A stretch of DNA of 14,632 nucleotides from Bdellovibrionales bacterium (GTDB lineage Bacteria; Bdellovibrionota; Bdellovibrionia; Bdellovibrionales; DASUEL01): NCBI GenBank assembly GCA_050250255.1, contig JBFWOZ010000059.1, forward strand, positions 1-14,632, written 5' to 3'. Below the pieces are notes generated by a model. The model did not search any database. It saw nothing but the letters and a program-made list of their open reading frames with translations, and was not told the origin of the DNA. Shown piece by piece: positions 1 through 8,346 of this stretch. Within the stretch, counting starts at the first letter, position 1, and each line of letters starts with the position of its first letter. Position numbers and translations under genes: made by a program.

Positions 1-7
1 TCCGCCA
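1..7 (+). other. Possible 3' end of a tRNA-Ser or of an att-site copy, truncated by the window edge
   Basis: TCCGCCA matches the end of the tRNA-like ATCCCTCCCTCTCCGCCA at 13146-13163 and CCCTCTCCGCCA at 9606-9617. The downstream sequence is also similar (tccgccattaaaaatac vs tccgccactaataattc, 14/17). Only 7 nt are visible. Confidence 0.45.
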
Positions 8-12
8 TTAAA

Positions 13-69
13 AATACAGAATTCCGTATTCAGCATATTGAACCCCGAATTCAGGTTCTACGAATTCAG
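13..69 (+). repeat. Degenerate 7-bp tandem array (consensus about WATTCMG)
   Basis: Units are aatacag/aattccg/tattcag/catattg/aaccccg/aattcag, with G at 19, 26, 33, 40, 47 and 54. These are followed by gttctacg and a further aattcag (63-69). Confidence 0.65.
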
Positions 70-1004
70 TGTCCGTACCTATGGACAAAGAGTCGGGTGT
101 CGCTAATAATGAAGCGCCTATGTATTTTCATGTGGATATGGACAACTTGTGGATCTATGAAAAAGAGTTTGGAGCTCTGTCTACGGCCAGCCCTGAGGCA
201 CTTTACTCACAAGCGGCTCCGCGAATGCTAAAGCTTTTTGATGAGTTTTCTGTGAAAGCCACATTTTTTATTGTAGGTAGAGATTTAGAGTTTCCCAGTT
301 GCCAAAGTTTTTGCGAGCAAGCTCTTGATCAAGGCCATGCTTTTGCAAATCACAGTTACACTCATCCCACAAATCTCAGTGAAATGAGCTTTGATGAAAA
401 GAAGCGCGAAATTAAAATGTGTCACGAAGCTCTTCAAGATATCACCGGCATTGCGCCAATTGGCTTTCGTGGACCTGGCTATTACATAGATCAAGACATG
501 CTCGATATATTGATCAAATTGGGTTACCACTACGACTCTTCCATACTACCCGGCTTGTCGCCTACGCTCATGGGTGCCTACTTAAAGTATGTCAAACGTA
601 GTAAGGCCAATAAAAAAATTGGTAGTTCGGGCTTTTTAAACGGCAGACTTCAAAAAGTACCTCACTCTAGAGACTGCAAAGAATGGATTCAAGAAATACC
701 CGTGGCGGTGACTAAGTATGCGGGTCTCCCCATTCACTCGAGCTTTATATTTTTGTTAGGACCAGTCTACTTGAGCTTGGTCAATCGTCTCACGGATTTT
801 AAAAGCCCCATGGGTATTTACCTTTTGCACGGCATTGACACCCTTGAATTGCATGAAAAATGCCCATTGAAAAACAAGGTTCCTAGTCTCAAAAGCCCTT
901 TATCAAATAGAATGGCTCTCCTTAGAAAAATCCTGAAATCTCATAGCTCTATCCATACAAATGTGAGTCTAGAGGAGTCTCTGAGGCGCTCGGCATCGAA
1001 TTGA
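69..1004 (+). CDS. Polysaccharide deacetylase (CE4/NodB homology); true start may be ATG 81 or ATG 120
   Basis: Motifs FHVDMD, KATFFIVG, NHSYTH (metal-binding His pair), GFRGPGY and YDSS. Confidence 0.88.
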   Translation: MSVPMDKESGVANNEAPMYFHVDMDNLWIYEKEFGALSTASPEALYSQAAPRMLKLFDEFSVKATFFIVGRDLEFPSCQSFCEQALDQGHAFANHSYTHPTNLSEMSFDEKKREIKMCHEALQDITGIAPIGFRGPGYYIDQDMLDILIKLGYHYDSSILPGLSPTLMGAYLKYVKRSKANKKIGSSGFLNGRLQKVPHSRDCKEWIQEIPVAVTKYAGLPIHSSFIFLLGPVYLSLVNRLTDFKSPMGIYLLHGIDTLELHEKCPLKNKVPSLKSPLSNRMALLRKILKSHSSIHTNVSLEESLRRSASN

Positions 1005-1090
1005 CTTATTGCACACTTCTAGCTACTGATAATTACGGAAGCATTGTCAATAAACACGGTCATTTTAAGCACTTCCACGAAGGAGATTTT

Positions 1091-1462
1091 GTGACGAACA
1101 CTGGTGAATCAACCAATAGCCATGCAAGTACTTCGGGCCAAAAATCTGTCACCAAAGAGAGTGTGAGAGACTTGATTTATGAAGCTATTGATCGCGTCAA
1201 CAAACAAGCGGCAAAAACAAAAAATGTCCAATTAGAAAAAGACATGGGCACTGTGCTTTTTGGAAGCGCCAGTCAGTTGGACTCTTTAGGCCTCATCAAC
1301 TTGATTGTGGCCACCGAAGAAAATCTAGAAAACCGTTTCGGACTTGTACTGACCTTGGCCGACGAACGAGCTCTTTCACAAAAAGAAAGCCCATTTCGAA
1401 CTGTTGCGAGTTTAGTGGATTATATTTACTTATTGATGACAGAAAAAAACAGTGAATCCTAA
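1091..1462 (+). CDS. Acyl carrier protein
   Basis: LDSLG phosphopantetheine-serine motif and ACP-like C-terminus (ADERALSQKESPFRTVASLVDYI). An AGGAG RBS at 1081-1085 precedes an in-frame GTG at 1091, which is preferred over the track's 1001 start. Confidence 0.85.
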   Translation: MTNTGESTNSHASTSGQKSVTKESVRDLIYEAIDRVNKQAAKTKNVQLEKDMGTVLFGSASQLDSLGLINLIVATEENLENRFGLVLTLADERALSQKESPFRTVASLVDYIYLLMTEKNSES

Positions 1463-1477
1463 CAAGGAATACTCGCA

Positions 1478-2185
1478 TTGACTTCTGGCCAAGTTATTCT
1501 CATTACAGGCACCAGCCGCGGAATTGGAAAATTTCTCACTCAACACTATTGCCAAAAAAACTTTCAAGTGATCGGCGTGAGCCGAACGGCACCGGACTGG
1601 AAAGCGCCTAGCAATTACACACATCATATTTTGGATATCTCTAACGAAAAAGAAGTGGCGGACCTGTTTAAAACGTTAAGAACAAGCTTCAAACGTTTAG
1701 ATGTCCTCATTAACAATGCTGCTATCAACCCCAAAATAGCTCCCGCTATGCTGATGTCGATGACTGATCTTGTACAAACAATGAGTGTCAATTTTTTTGG
1801 AACATTTCTTATGTCTCGTGAAGCCGCAAAACTGATGATGAGAAATCAATTTGGGCGAATCATCAATTTGAGTTCAATGGCAGTAAAACATGAGGTGGCA
1901 GGTGAGGCAGCGTACACATCATCTAAAGCAGCTGTTGTTGCATTTACGAGAGTGTTCTCTAAAGAGGTCTACGCTCAAGGCATTACCTGCAATGTTGTAG
2001 CACCGGCAGCGATTGAAACCCAAATGATGGCCGCGGTGGATAAAAATGCGTTAGCTGATGTTTTAAAACGAAACGCCATTCCTGAAATTGGTGAATTTGC
2101 TGATGTTGCGGCAGCGACAGATTGGCTGATCTTAAAAGAAAGTCAAAAAATCACAGGCCAAACCATTTACTTGGGGGGCGCTTGA
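1478..2185 (+). CDS. SDR family oxidoreductase, FabG-like 3-oxoacyl-ACP reductase
   Basis: TGTSRGIG Rossmann motif, NNAA, and catalytic S...YTSSK. AAGGA RBS upstream of the TTG start. Confidence 0.9.
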   Translation: MTSGQVILITGTSRGIGKFLTQHYCQKNFQVIGVSRTAPDWKAPSNYTHHILDISNEKEVADLFKTLRTSFKRLDVLINNAAINPKIAPAMLMSMTDLVQTMSVNFFGTFLMSREAAKLMMRNQFGRIINLSSMAVKHEVAGEAAYTSSKAAVVAFTRVFSKEVYAQGITCNVVAPAAIETQMMAAVDKNALADVLKRNAIPEIGEFADVAAATDWLILKESQKITGQTIYLGGA

Positions 2186-2808
2186 TTCAGGTAGAGAGAA
2201 TCCCCCTAGGGCCATGGAAAACAAATTGCTTTGTGGTTTATAACAAACAAAACGAATCCTTTGTGGTGGATCCGGGTGATGATGCCTTAGAGCCCGTGTC
2301 TGAGAGCGTGAAGAGACTGGGACTTTCATTGAAAGCGATTTTATGTACACATGCACATTTGGATCATGTGGGTTCTGTGACCGAAATCAAAGAAGCCTTT
2401 GGGGTACCTGCTTACTTGCACTCAGGGGACCAGCGAATTCTCTCTCAAATAAATATGTTTCGTACTTTTTTTCAAAAAAAACAGCCCATCAAAGTGCCTG
2501 TGATAGATCATGATTTGTCTGGCGAAACGGAACTCAACATTGCGAGCTTCAAAGTTCAAGTGATTGCTGTGCCTGGGCATACACCCGGTGGAGTTGCTTT
2601 TTTGATAGAGAATTGTCTTTTTACTGGAGACACTGTGATGGAAAAGGGCATGGGACGCACCGATTTACCTGGGAGTGATCGAGAGCTATTAGTTCAGTCG
2701 GTGAAACGCTTGTTTGAGCTTCCAGCAGAAACTCATTTCTACCCTGGACATGGAAAGCCTGGTGCCCTTTCTGTCTGGAAAGAAACTCTCATGGGGAGTT
2801 TTTTGTGA
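2182..2808 (+). CDS. MBL-fold metallo-hydrolase (glyoxalase II/YcbL-like)
   Basis: THAHLDH metal motif, PGHTPG, FTGD, GRTDLPG and PGHG. A TTG at 2182 overlaps the SDR stop (TTGA) after a GGGGGG RBS-like run; homolog-like sequence begins at IQVERIPLGP. Confidence 0.9.
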   Translation: MIQVERIPLGPWKTNCFVVYNKQNESFVVDPGDDALEPVSESVKRLGLSLKAILCTHAHLDHVGSVTEIKEAFGVPAYLHSGDQRILSQINMFRTFFQKKQPIKVPVIDHDLSGETELNIASFKVQVIAVPGHTPGGVAFLIENCLFTGDTVMEKGMGRTDLPGSDRELLVQSVKRLFELPAETHFYPGHGKPGALSVWKETLMGSFL

Positions 2809-3812
2809 GAGCACAAATCAAAGCGATCTCTTCATATTTGCCGCAAACCACACTCACAAATCAGGTGCTAGCAAAACAAAACCCTAACTGGGATATGGAT
2901 TCAGTTGTGGCCAAGGCTGGGGTTGTATCACGTCACATCGCCGGAGCTGACGAAACGTCTTTCGATATGGCAGCACGAGCTTGTGATCAATTAATCAAAG
3001 AAATAGGCATAGATAAAAACTCCATCGACGGAATTATTTTTTGCACACAAAGCCCCGATTACATTATGCCTCCCAATTCGCATTTGATTCATAAACATCT
3101 TGGCCTCACGGATCGAGTGATCGCCTTTGATTTAAACCTCGCTTGTTCTGGCTTTGTGTATGCTTTAGCTCTTTGCCATTCTTTGATACACAGTAAAATG
3201 GCCTCCAACGTACTGCTCATCACTTCAGAAACCTATTCAAAGTTTATTCACCCAAGCGATCGATCGTCTCGGGTTTTGTTTGGCGATGGCGCAGCGGTTA
3301 CTTTAGTCACTGGTGCAGAGACAAAAGGTTTTATTGATAGTGAGCTTTCATCTCATGGAGATGGGTTTGAAAAGTTTTATATACCTGCCGGCGGAATGAG
3401 ATGCCCAAAATCTCAGGCCACGTCCACTGAAACAACCGACAGAAATGGAAATGTACGCTCTTTGGAGAATATCCACATGGATGGTCTGGGAGTTTGGTCG
3501 TTTATCAATTCGGTAGTGCCTAAGCAGATCAAACGGGTACTAGAAAAAAATAAACTCTCTATTCCGGATATCGATCAATTTATATTTCATCAGGCCAGTC
3601 AAATGACTATCGACAGTTTGATCAAGTCTTTGGACCTCCAAGAGAGACAGGTGTTTATTAACCTTTCACAACTTGGCAACACCGTTTCGGCCTCCATACC
3701 ATTGGCATTTAAGCAGGCCCAAGAACAGGGCGTGATTAAAGAGAATCAAAAGATTATTCTTTGTGGATTTGGTGTAGGTTTTTCTTATGCCACAGTTTTA
3801 TTAGAAACCTAG
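2805..3812 (+). CDS. fabH: 3-oxoacyl-ACP synthase III (KAS III)
   Basis: Intact Cys-His-Asn triad (LACSG, FHQA, GNT), plus FGDGAA and GFGVG. GTGA start/stop overlap with the upstream gene. Likely a cluster paralog rather than the housekeeping copy. Confidence 0.9.
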   Translation: MRAQIKAISSYLPQTTLTNQVLAKQNPNWDMDSVVAKAGVVSRHIAGADETSFDMAARACDQLIKEIGIDKNSIDGIIFCTQSPDYIMPPNSHLIHKHLGLTDRVIAFDLNLACSGFVYALALCHSLIHSKMASNVLLITSETYSKFIHPSDRSSRVLFGDGAAVTLVTGAETKGFIDSELSSHGDGFEKFYIPAGGMRCPKSQATSTETTDRNGNVRSLENIHMDGLGVWSFINSVVPKQIKRVLEKNKLSIPDIDQFIFHQASQMTIDSLIKSLDLQERQVFINLSQLGNTVSASIPLAFKQAQEQGVIKENQKIILCGFGVGFSYATVLLET

Positions 3813-3828
3813 TGATCTGGAGTCATGT

Positions 3829-5193
3829 TTGTTGTCGTCAGTGGATTCAATACATATAAGGTTTTTGCTAGAGCAGTTTCAAAATAACAGCGGTCAAACG
3901 GCGTTGGTGTATCAAGGAAGGTGCGTGAGCTTTTCTGATTTGTTAATGAATATTTCTGAGTGTAGCCGCGCCATTTCTGAACAAGGAATTCAAAGCGGCG
4001 ATGTGGTAGCGCTCGAAGCAGATTTTTCGCCCAATGGCATTGCACTTTTTTTAAGCCTCGTCGAAAAAGCTTGTCTCTTGGTCGTTCATACCAATGCCCA
4101 CCATATAGGTCGTGAGAAAAAAGACGAGATCGCACAAGTAGAATGGAATGTTGTTTGTGATAAAGAGGATAATTATAAATTTGAGAAAACACGTCGCAAA
4201 GCTCAACATGACATTTACACACATCTAAAAGATCTTAAACACCCAGGCCTGGTCTTATTTTCCTCAGGCACATCGGGCGAACCAAAAGCCGCTGTTCATG
4301 ATTTCTTGCCGCTCCTCGAGAAATTCAAAGTTCCAAAAAAGGCTATGGTCAGCCTTAACTTTCTTTTGTTTGATCATTGGGGTGGGCTCAATACAATGCT
4401 ACACACTCTCTCAAACGGAGCAGCACTTGTGAGTTTACAAGACAGGTCCCCTGAGTCTGTATGCGAGCTTATACAGTCGGCAAAAGTGCAGCTGTTACCT
4501 TCAACTCCTACATTTTTAAATCTTATGCTCCTCAGTGAAGCCCATAAAAAATATGATCTTTCAAGTCTACAAGTGATTTCTTATGGTGCCGAGCCTATGC
4601 CAGAAAAAACTTTAAGCCGACTCAAAGAAGCCTTTCCTCATATCAAGCTTCAACAAACCTATGGGTTGATCGAAGTAGGCGTGCTGAGATCTAAATCAAA
4701 AGAGAATGGCTCTCTATGGGTAAAAATTGGCGGTGAGGGATATGAGACCCGAGTTGTGGATAATATTCTACAGATTAAGACTAAATCGACTATTCTTGGA
4801 TATTTAAACGCCCTAAGCCCCATAACAGAAGATGGCTGGTTTATAACGGGTGACGAAGTCTATCAAGAGGGCGAGTATTTTCGTATTTTGGGTCGCAAAT
4901 CCGAGATGATTAATATTGGTGGGGAGAAGCTACATCCCTCTGAAGTTGAAAGCGTTATTTTACAATTAAATAACGTGGTGGATGTGACTGTTTTTAGTGA
5001 GAAGAACCCGATTTTAGGTCGCCTGCTTTGCGCGAACGTGAAATTGCAAGAGCCCGAGGATCCACGCGAGTTTTCGGATCGATTAAAAGAATTTTGCGCC
5101 GACAGACTTGATCGTTTTAAAATACCTGTAAAAATTAAGTTGATCGATGGGGAGCTCCATGGGGACAGATTTAAAAAAATCAGAAGTTTTTGA
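3829..5193 (+). CDS. ANL-superfamily AMP-dependent acyl-CoA/acyl-ACP ligase
   Basis: SSGTSGEPK P-loop, YGAEPM, QTYGLIE, WFITGD and GRKSEMINIGGEK motifs. GGAG RBS at 3819-3822. Confidence 0.9.
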   Translation: MLSSVDSIHIRFLLEQFQNNSGQTALVYQGRCVSFSDLLMNISECSRAISEQGIQSGDVVALEADFSPNGIALFLSLVEKACLLVVHTNAHHIGREKKDEIAQVEWNVVCDKEDNYKFEKTRRKAQHDIYTHLKDLKHPGLVLFSSGTSGEPKAAVHDFLPLLEKFKVPKKAMVSLNFLLFDHWGGLNTMLHTLSNGAALVSLQDRSPESVCELIQSAKVQLLPSTPTFLNLMLLSEAHKKYDLSSLQVISYGAEPMPEKTLSRLKEAFPHIKLQQTYGLIEVGVLRSKSKENGSLWVKIGGEGYETRVVDNILQIKTKSTILGYLNALSPITEDGWFITGDEVYQEGEYFRILGRKSEMINIGGEKLHPSEVESVILQLNNVVDVTVFSEKNPILGRLLCANVKLQEPEDPREFSDRLKEFCADRLDRFKIPVKIKLIDGELHGDRFKKIRSF

Positions 5194-5899
5194 TCCTAGC
5201 CGTACTGATAGTGGAGTGGAGCTGAAAGCTTTTTTGGCATTCCGTGAGTCGGGTCGTATTCCACTCAAGTACATGATCCCGCTTGGCATTAAAAGTCTTC
5301 TCTTTGACATTCCTTATGCGATTTTACAGTACTGGCCAGGACCAGTTGGGATGAAGCTGAGACAGATTTATTTTAAATTCAAATTTCATACTATGGGTAA
5401 AAATGTGATTATCGGTGCGAGTGCCGACATACAAATGCCAAGTGCCATTTCGGTGTCTGATTACGCTTTTATCGATCACCATGTGAGTTTAAACGCCATG
5501 GCCGGGAACATTCATATAGGTCGAAGAATTCATATTGCTCCCTACGCCATCATTTCGGGTGTTGGTGGTGGTATTTATTTAGGAGATTACGCTGCTGTAG
5601 GAGCGTTCGCTAGAATCTACTCTCACTCAGAAGCTCCAGTGGATGGTAAAAGACTGAGTGGCCCTATGATTCCAGAAAGCATGAAGGGCATGGTGACGGG
5701 CCCCGTTCACATTGGTAAGGATGCTTTGATAGGCACAGGTGCTGTGGTTTTGCCGGGAGTCACTTTGGGTGAGGGTGCCATTGTCGCAGCAAACTCCTTT
5801 GTTCCGGCACATACTAAAATCCCACCTTACGCCATCTATGGTGGTGTACCGGCTAAAATGTTAGGGCTTCGTCAAAAAATAACTGTAGAAGATATTTAA
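5147..5899 (+). CDS. Hexapeptide-repeat (left-handed beta-helix) acyltransferase; start may be ATG 5159
   Basis: Repeated [IV]GxxxxI hexapeptides, PVHIGKDALIGTGAVVLPGVTLGEGAIVAANS, and C-terminal GGVPAK. Confidence 0.88.
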   Translation: MGSSMGTDLKKSEVFDPSRTDSGVELKAFLAFRESGRIPLKYMIPLGIKSLLFDIPYAILQYWPGPVGMKLRQIYFKFKFHTMGKNVIIGASADIQMPSAISVSDYAFIDHHVSLNAMAGNIHIGRRIHIAPYAIISGVGGGIYLGDYAAVGAFARIYSHSEAPVDGKRLSGPMIPESMKGMVTGPVHIGKDALIGTGAVVLPGVTLGEGAIVAANSFVPAHTKIPPYAIYGGVPAKMLGLRQKITVEDI

Positions 5900-5913
5900 A
5901 CTCTGATTGGCTC

Positions 5914-8346
5914 GTGGTGAAAATGAAGGTCCAACTTCAAAATTTTCAAAAAATATTGTCTGATGGTTTTACGAGTAGCATATTAAAAAGCTGTGCTCTT
6001 GGATTTTTGCTTTTTGCTCTACAAGTTGTTTTAGGACTGTTTATTTCACTTCCTTTATTTAATGCGACTTTGGTGACTGGTCTGTCTGTTCTTGTCGTAG
6101 CGGGTTTAGAGTTCGAAAAAAAGAATTGGAGACTTTATGTGAGTGTTGGTCTGGCTATTTTAGCCTACATGAGTTTTACAAAGCTCACACCTTGGCTCAT
6201 GTCTCAATTTCCAATTTACGATTCTCCCCGTAGAGCCATCGGATATACTCAATTTTTTGCCTATCCTAAAAAGAGCGAATTTTTAATATTTACTCTCAGT
6301 ATGTTCATGGTGATGCTCATTGTTACTGTGGGTTCTGTTCTTCACTGGAGAGCAAGTCCTAGTCAGTCACAAAACGAAATCCACAGAGACACAGAGGAAT
6401 CCACGAAATGGTTTTCGTGGCATTTATTTTTGTATTGGGGTTTGTTTTTATTGATTGCTTGGCCCGACTGGAATGAGGTGGTGAAGCAACTTAAAAATTT
6501 TCAGCATACAGGTCTTTGGGATCAATCTGTATTTTGGGTCTGGAGCCAGGCCGTACATAAGGGCCTACTACCCTATGTCGATTTTTGGTTTCCGTATGCT
6601 GGGTCCTATAAAATGCTCGCACCTACGCCAGACAGCTTGTTGAGATTGTTTGTCCATGAAGCCATCGTCATGTTTTTTTTGATCCTGGGTCTTTTTAGAA
6701 CATTTGAAAATTCAACTCATAAGTTGGCCATTGTTTTGCTCCTTTTGGCTTGGGCCATGCTTGATGAAACCTTTTTGACTTGGCATAGATACCTTATTCC
6801 GTCGACCTTTTGTCTTTTAATCCCAGATTTTTTTCTAAAACAAAAAGTTCCAAAAATTTATGCAGTTGTGTTTGGACTTTATTGTGCCTATGTCTTTCAG
6901 TACGAGCCCAATCTTTTCTTCTACCCCGTGTTGGCCGTATTTTTTTTCATGGCCTACGCTGTGCTTAATAAACGCTTAGGCTTAGTTTTAAAAAATGCCT
7001 ATCCAGCTATCGTCTGCCTACTACTGGGTGTGTCTGTATTTTTTGTTTCATTGTATCTCAAGAATCAATGGTCTGGCTTTGTAAGCCTATATGAAACCCT
7101 GGGTGTGGCCTTAGAATATGGCGGTATCAACACTGATTTGCATCGTTGGTATCAAATTGGTCATTCAGCACAGCAAGTGTCTTGGCTAGCAGTCCATATT
7201 TTGTCAGCACTTGGGGCTTTGACTTTAATGCGATTTTTGACTCAAGCACCGGAAAAAAAGTTGGAGCGTTTGGGTTTTGGCTTATTCATATTTGGCCTGA
7301 CTTTGTTTCCTTTACTTCAAAAACAACTTCTTCGCCCACACATCATTGATCAAATTGCTTTGCAGACATTTGTTGGTTTAATTTCGATGCTTTTGCTGTG
7401 GGAGTGTTTTTTAAAACAAAAAAGTAAAATCTTTTTTTGGGGCGCGCTCAGCTTTATTGTTTTAAGTTTTTCGTACTCTGGTAGTTACTCTTATAGATCA
7501 TTGGGTATTCTCCTCAGCTCTGTTTATAAAATGATAACGAGCCAAGATGTGCTCAGGCACTCAGATGAGATAGAGCGCGCGCGCAATCATTTTTATTCGG
7601 AGGCCAGTTTTACAGAAGCCTTACCAAACATTCTTGACGAGGTCTCTCGTTTAAAAGAACTCGTGAAGGACCGCGAGTTTTTTGTACTTGGTGATTTTTC
7701 TCAAGTGTATGGATTTTTAGGTCAGACACCTTATTTTCACTCTACTCTCTATGAGCGCTCACCTATTTTTGAACAGGCATACACAATAAAAGAACTCGAA
7801 CGCAGAAAGCCGGAGCTTGTATTATGGAGAAGAGTTCCTGGTGAAGAGAACAAACAGCTGTATATGGATCAAGTACCATATTTTTTAAGAACTCCTTTGA
7901 TTTTTAAATACGTTATTAAAAACTTTCAGTGGAAAACAAGGGTTGGAGATTTTGATGTTTTAGAAAGGCATGAGTATCCAAGTTCTGAGCAGTTTTGGCT
8001 TAAAAGTCTTGGAAGAGATATTGACCTGGGTTACCTCCCAGCACTCTCTAGCTTTCATAGAGCGAAAGGCTGTGAGCCTCATGAGACCAGTCACTGCAGA
8101 ATTTTTTTAAAATTGAGTGTAGAAGAAAAACTTGAGCCCAGTGAAAAGTTAGTGCTGAGCTCGGAGTCTGCGTTGGGTTCAGTGAGTTTGAGCTTATCTA
8201 TCTTCGGCAATCAGCAAGTGTATTTAATAGATTGGAATCGAATTTGGTTTTCTATTTATCTTGATCTCAATAATACCAATTGGAAGGCGAGTCAGGGAAG
8301 CCTGGAGCTCGTTTGGCTTACTGATGATCCTGATGTTCTGTACTGA
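5914..8346 (+). CDS. Large multi-pass membrane protein with C-terminal soluble domain; possible GT-C-fold glycosyltransferase-like
   Basis: 810-aa ORF with many hydrophobic helices in the first ~540 aa. The loop WDQ...GLLPYVDFWFPY resembles the G-x-x-P-Y-x-D-F loop of GT-C-like proteins. The ORF is secure; the function is inferred. Confidence 0.6.
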   Translation: MVKMKVQLQNFQKILSDGFTSSILKSCALGFLLFALQVVLGLFISLPLFNATLVTGLSVLVVAGLEFEKKNWRLYVSVGLAILAYMSFTKLTPWLMSQFPIYDSPRRAIGYTQFFAYPKKSEFLIFTLSMFMVMLIVTVGSVLHWRASPSQSQNEIHRDTEESTKWFSWHLFLYWGLFLLIAWPDWNEVVKQLKNFQHTGLWDQSVFWVWSQAVHKGLLPYVDFWFPYAGSYKMLAPTPDSLLRLFVHEAIVMFFLILGLFRTFENSTHKLAIVLLLLAWAMLDETFLTWHRYLIPSTFCLLIPDFFLKQKVPKIYAVVFGLYCAYVFQYEPNLFFYPVLAVFFFMAYAVLNKRLGLVLKNAYPAIVCLLLGVSVFFVSLYLKNQWSGFVSLYETLGVALEYGGINTDLHRWYQIGHSAQQVSWLAVHILSALGALTLMRFLTQAPEKKLERLGFGLFIFGLTLFPLLQKQLLRPHIIDQIALQTFVGLISMLLLWECFLKQKSKIFFWGALSFIVLSFSYSGSYSYRSLGILLSSVYKMITSQDVLRHSDEIERARNHFYSEASFTEALPNILDEVSRLKELVKDREFFVLGDFSQVYGFLGQTPYFHSTLYERSPIFEQAYTIKELERRKPELVLWRRVPGEENKQLYMDQVPYFLRTPLIFKYVIKNFQWKTRVGDFDVLERHEYPSSEQFWLKSLGRDIDLGYLPALSSFHRAKGCEPHETSHCRIFLKLSVEEKLEPSEKLVLSSESALGSVSLSLSIFGNQQVYLIDWNRIWFSIYLDLNNTNWKASQGSLELVWLTDDPDVLY

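Noticed and set aside
1001..1090. N-terminal extension of the ACP given by the ORF track
   Set aside because: A strong AGGAG RBS points to GTG 1091, and the extension is not ACP-like.
2122..2181. N-terminal extension of the MBL hydrolase
   Set aside because: It would overlap the SDR by 64 bp, whereas TTG 2182 gives a standard coupled start.
3809..4222. 137-aa minus-strand ORF and the other short ORFs nested in long genes
   Set aside because: They lie antisense or out of frame within well-supported CDSs and carry no motifs.
6673..6947. T8 tracts (6673-6680, 6940-6947) as phase-variation sites; likewise T7-C-A8 at 2466-2481
   Set aside because: Short A/T runs are expected from Phe/Lys codons in AT-rich genes, and the frames are intact.
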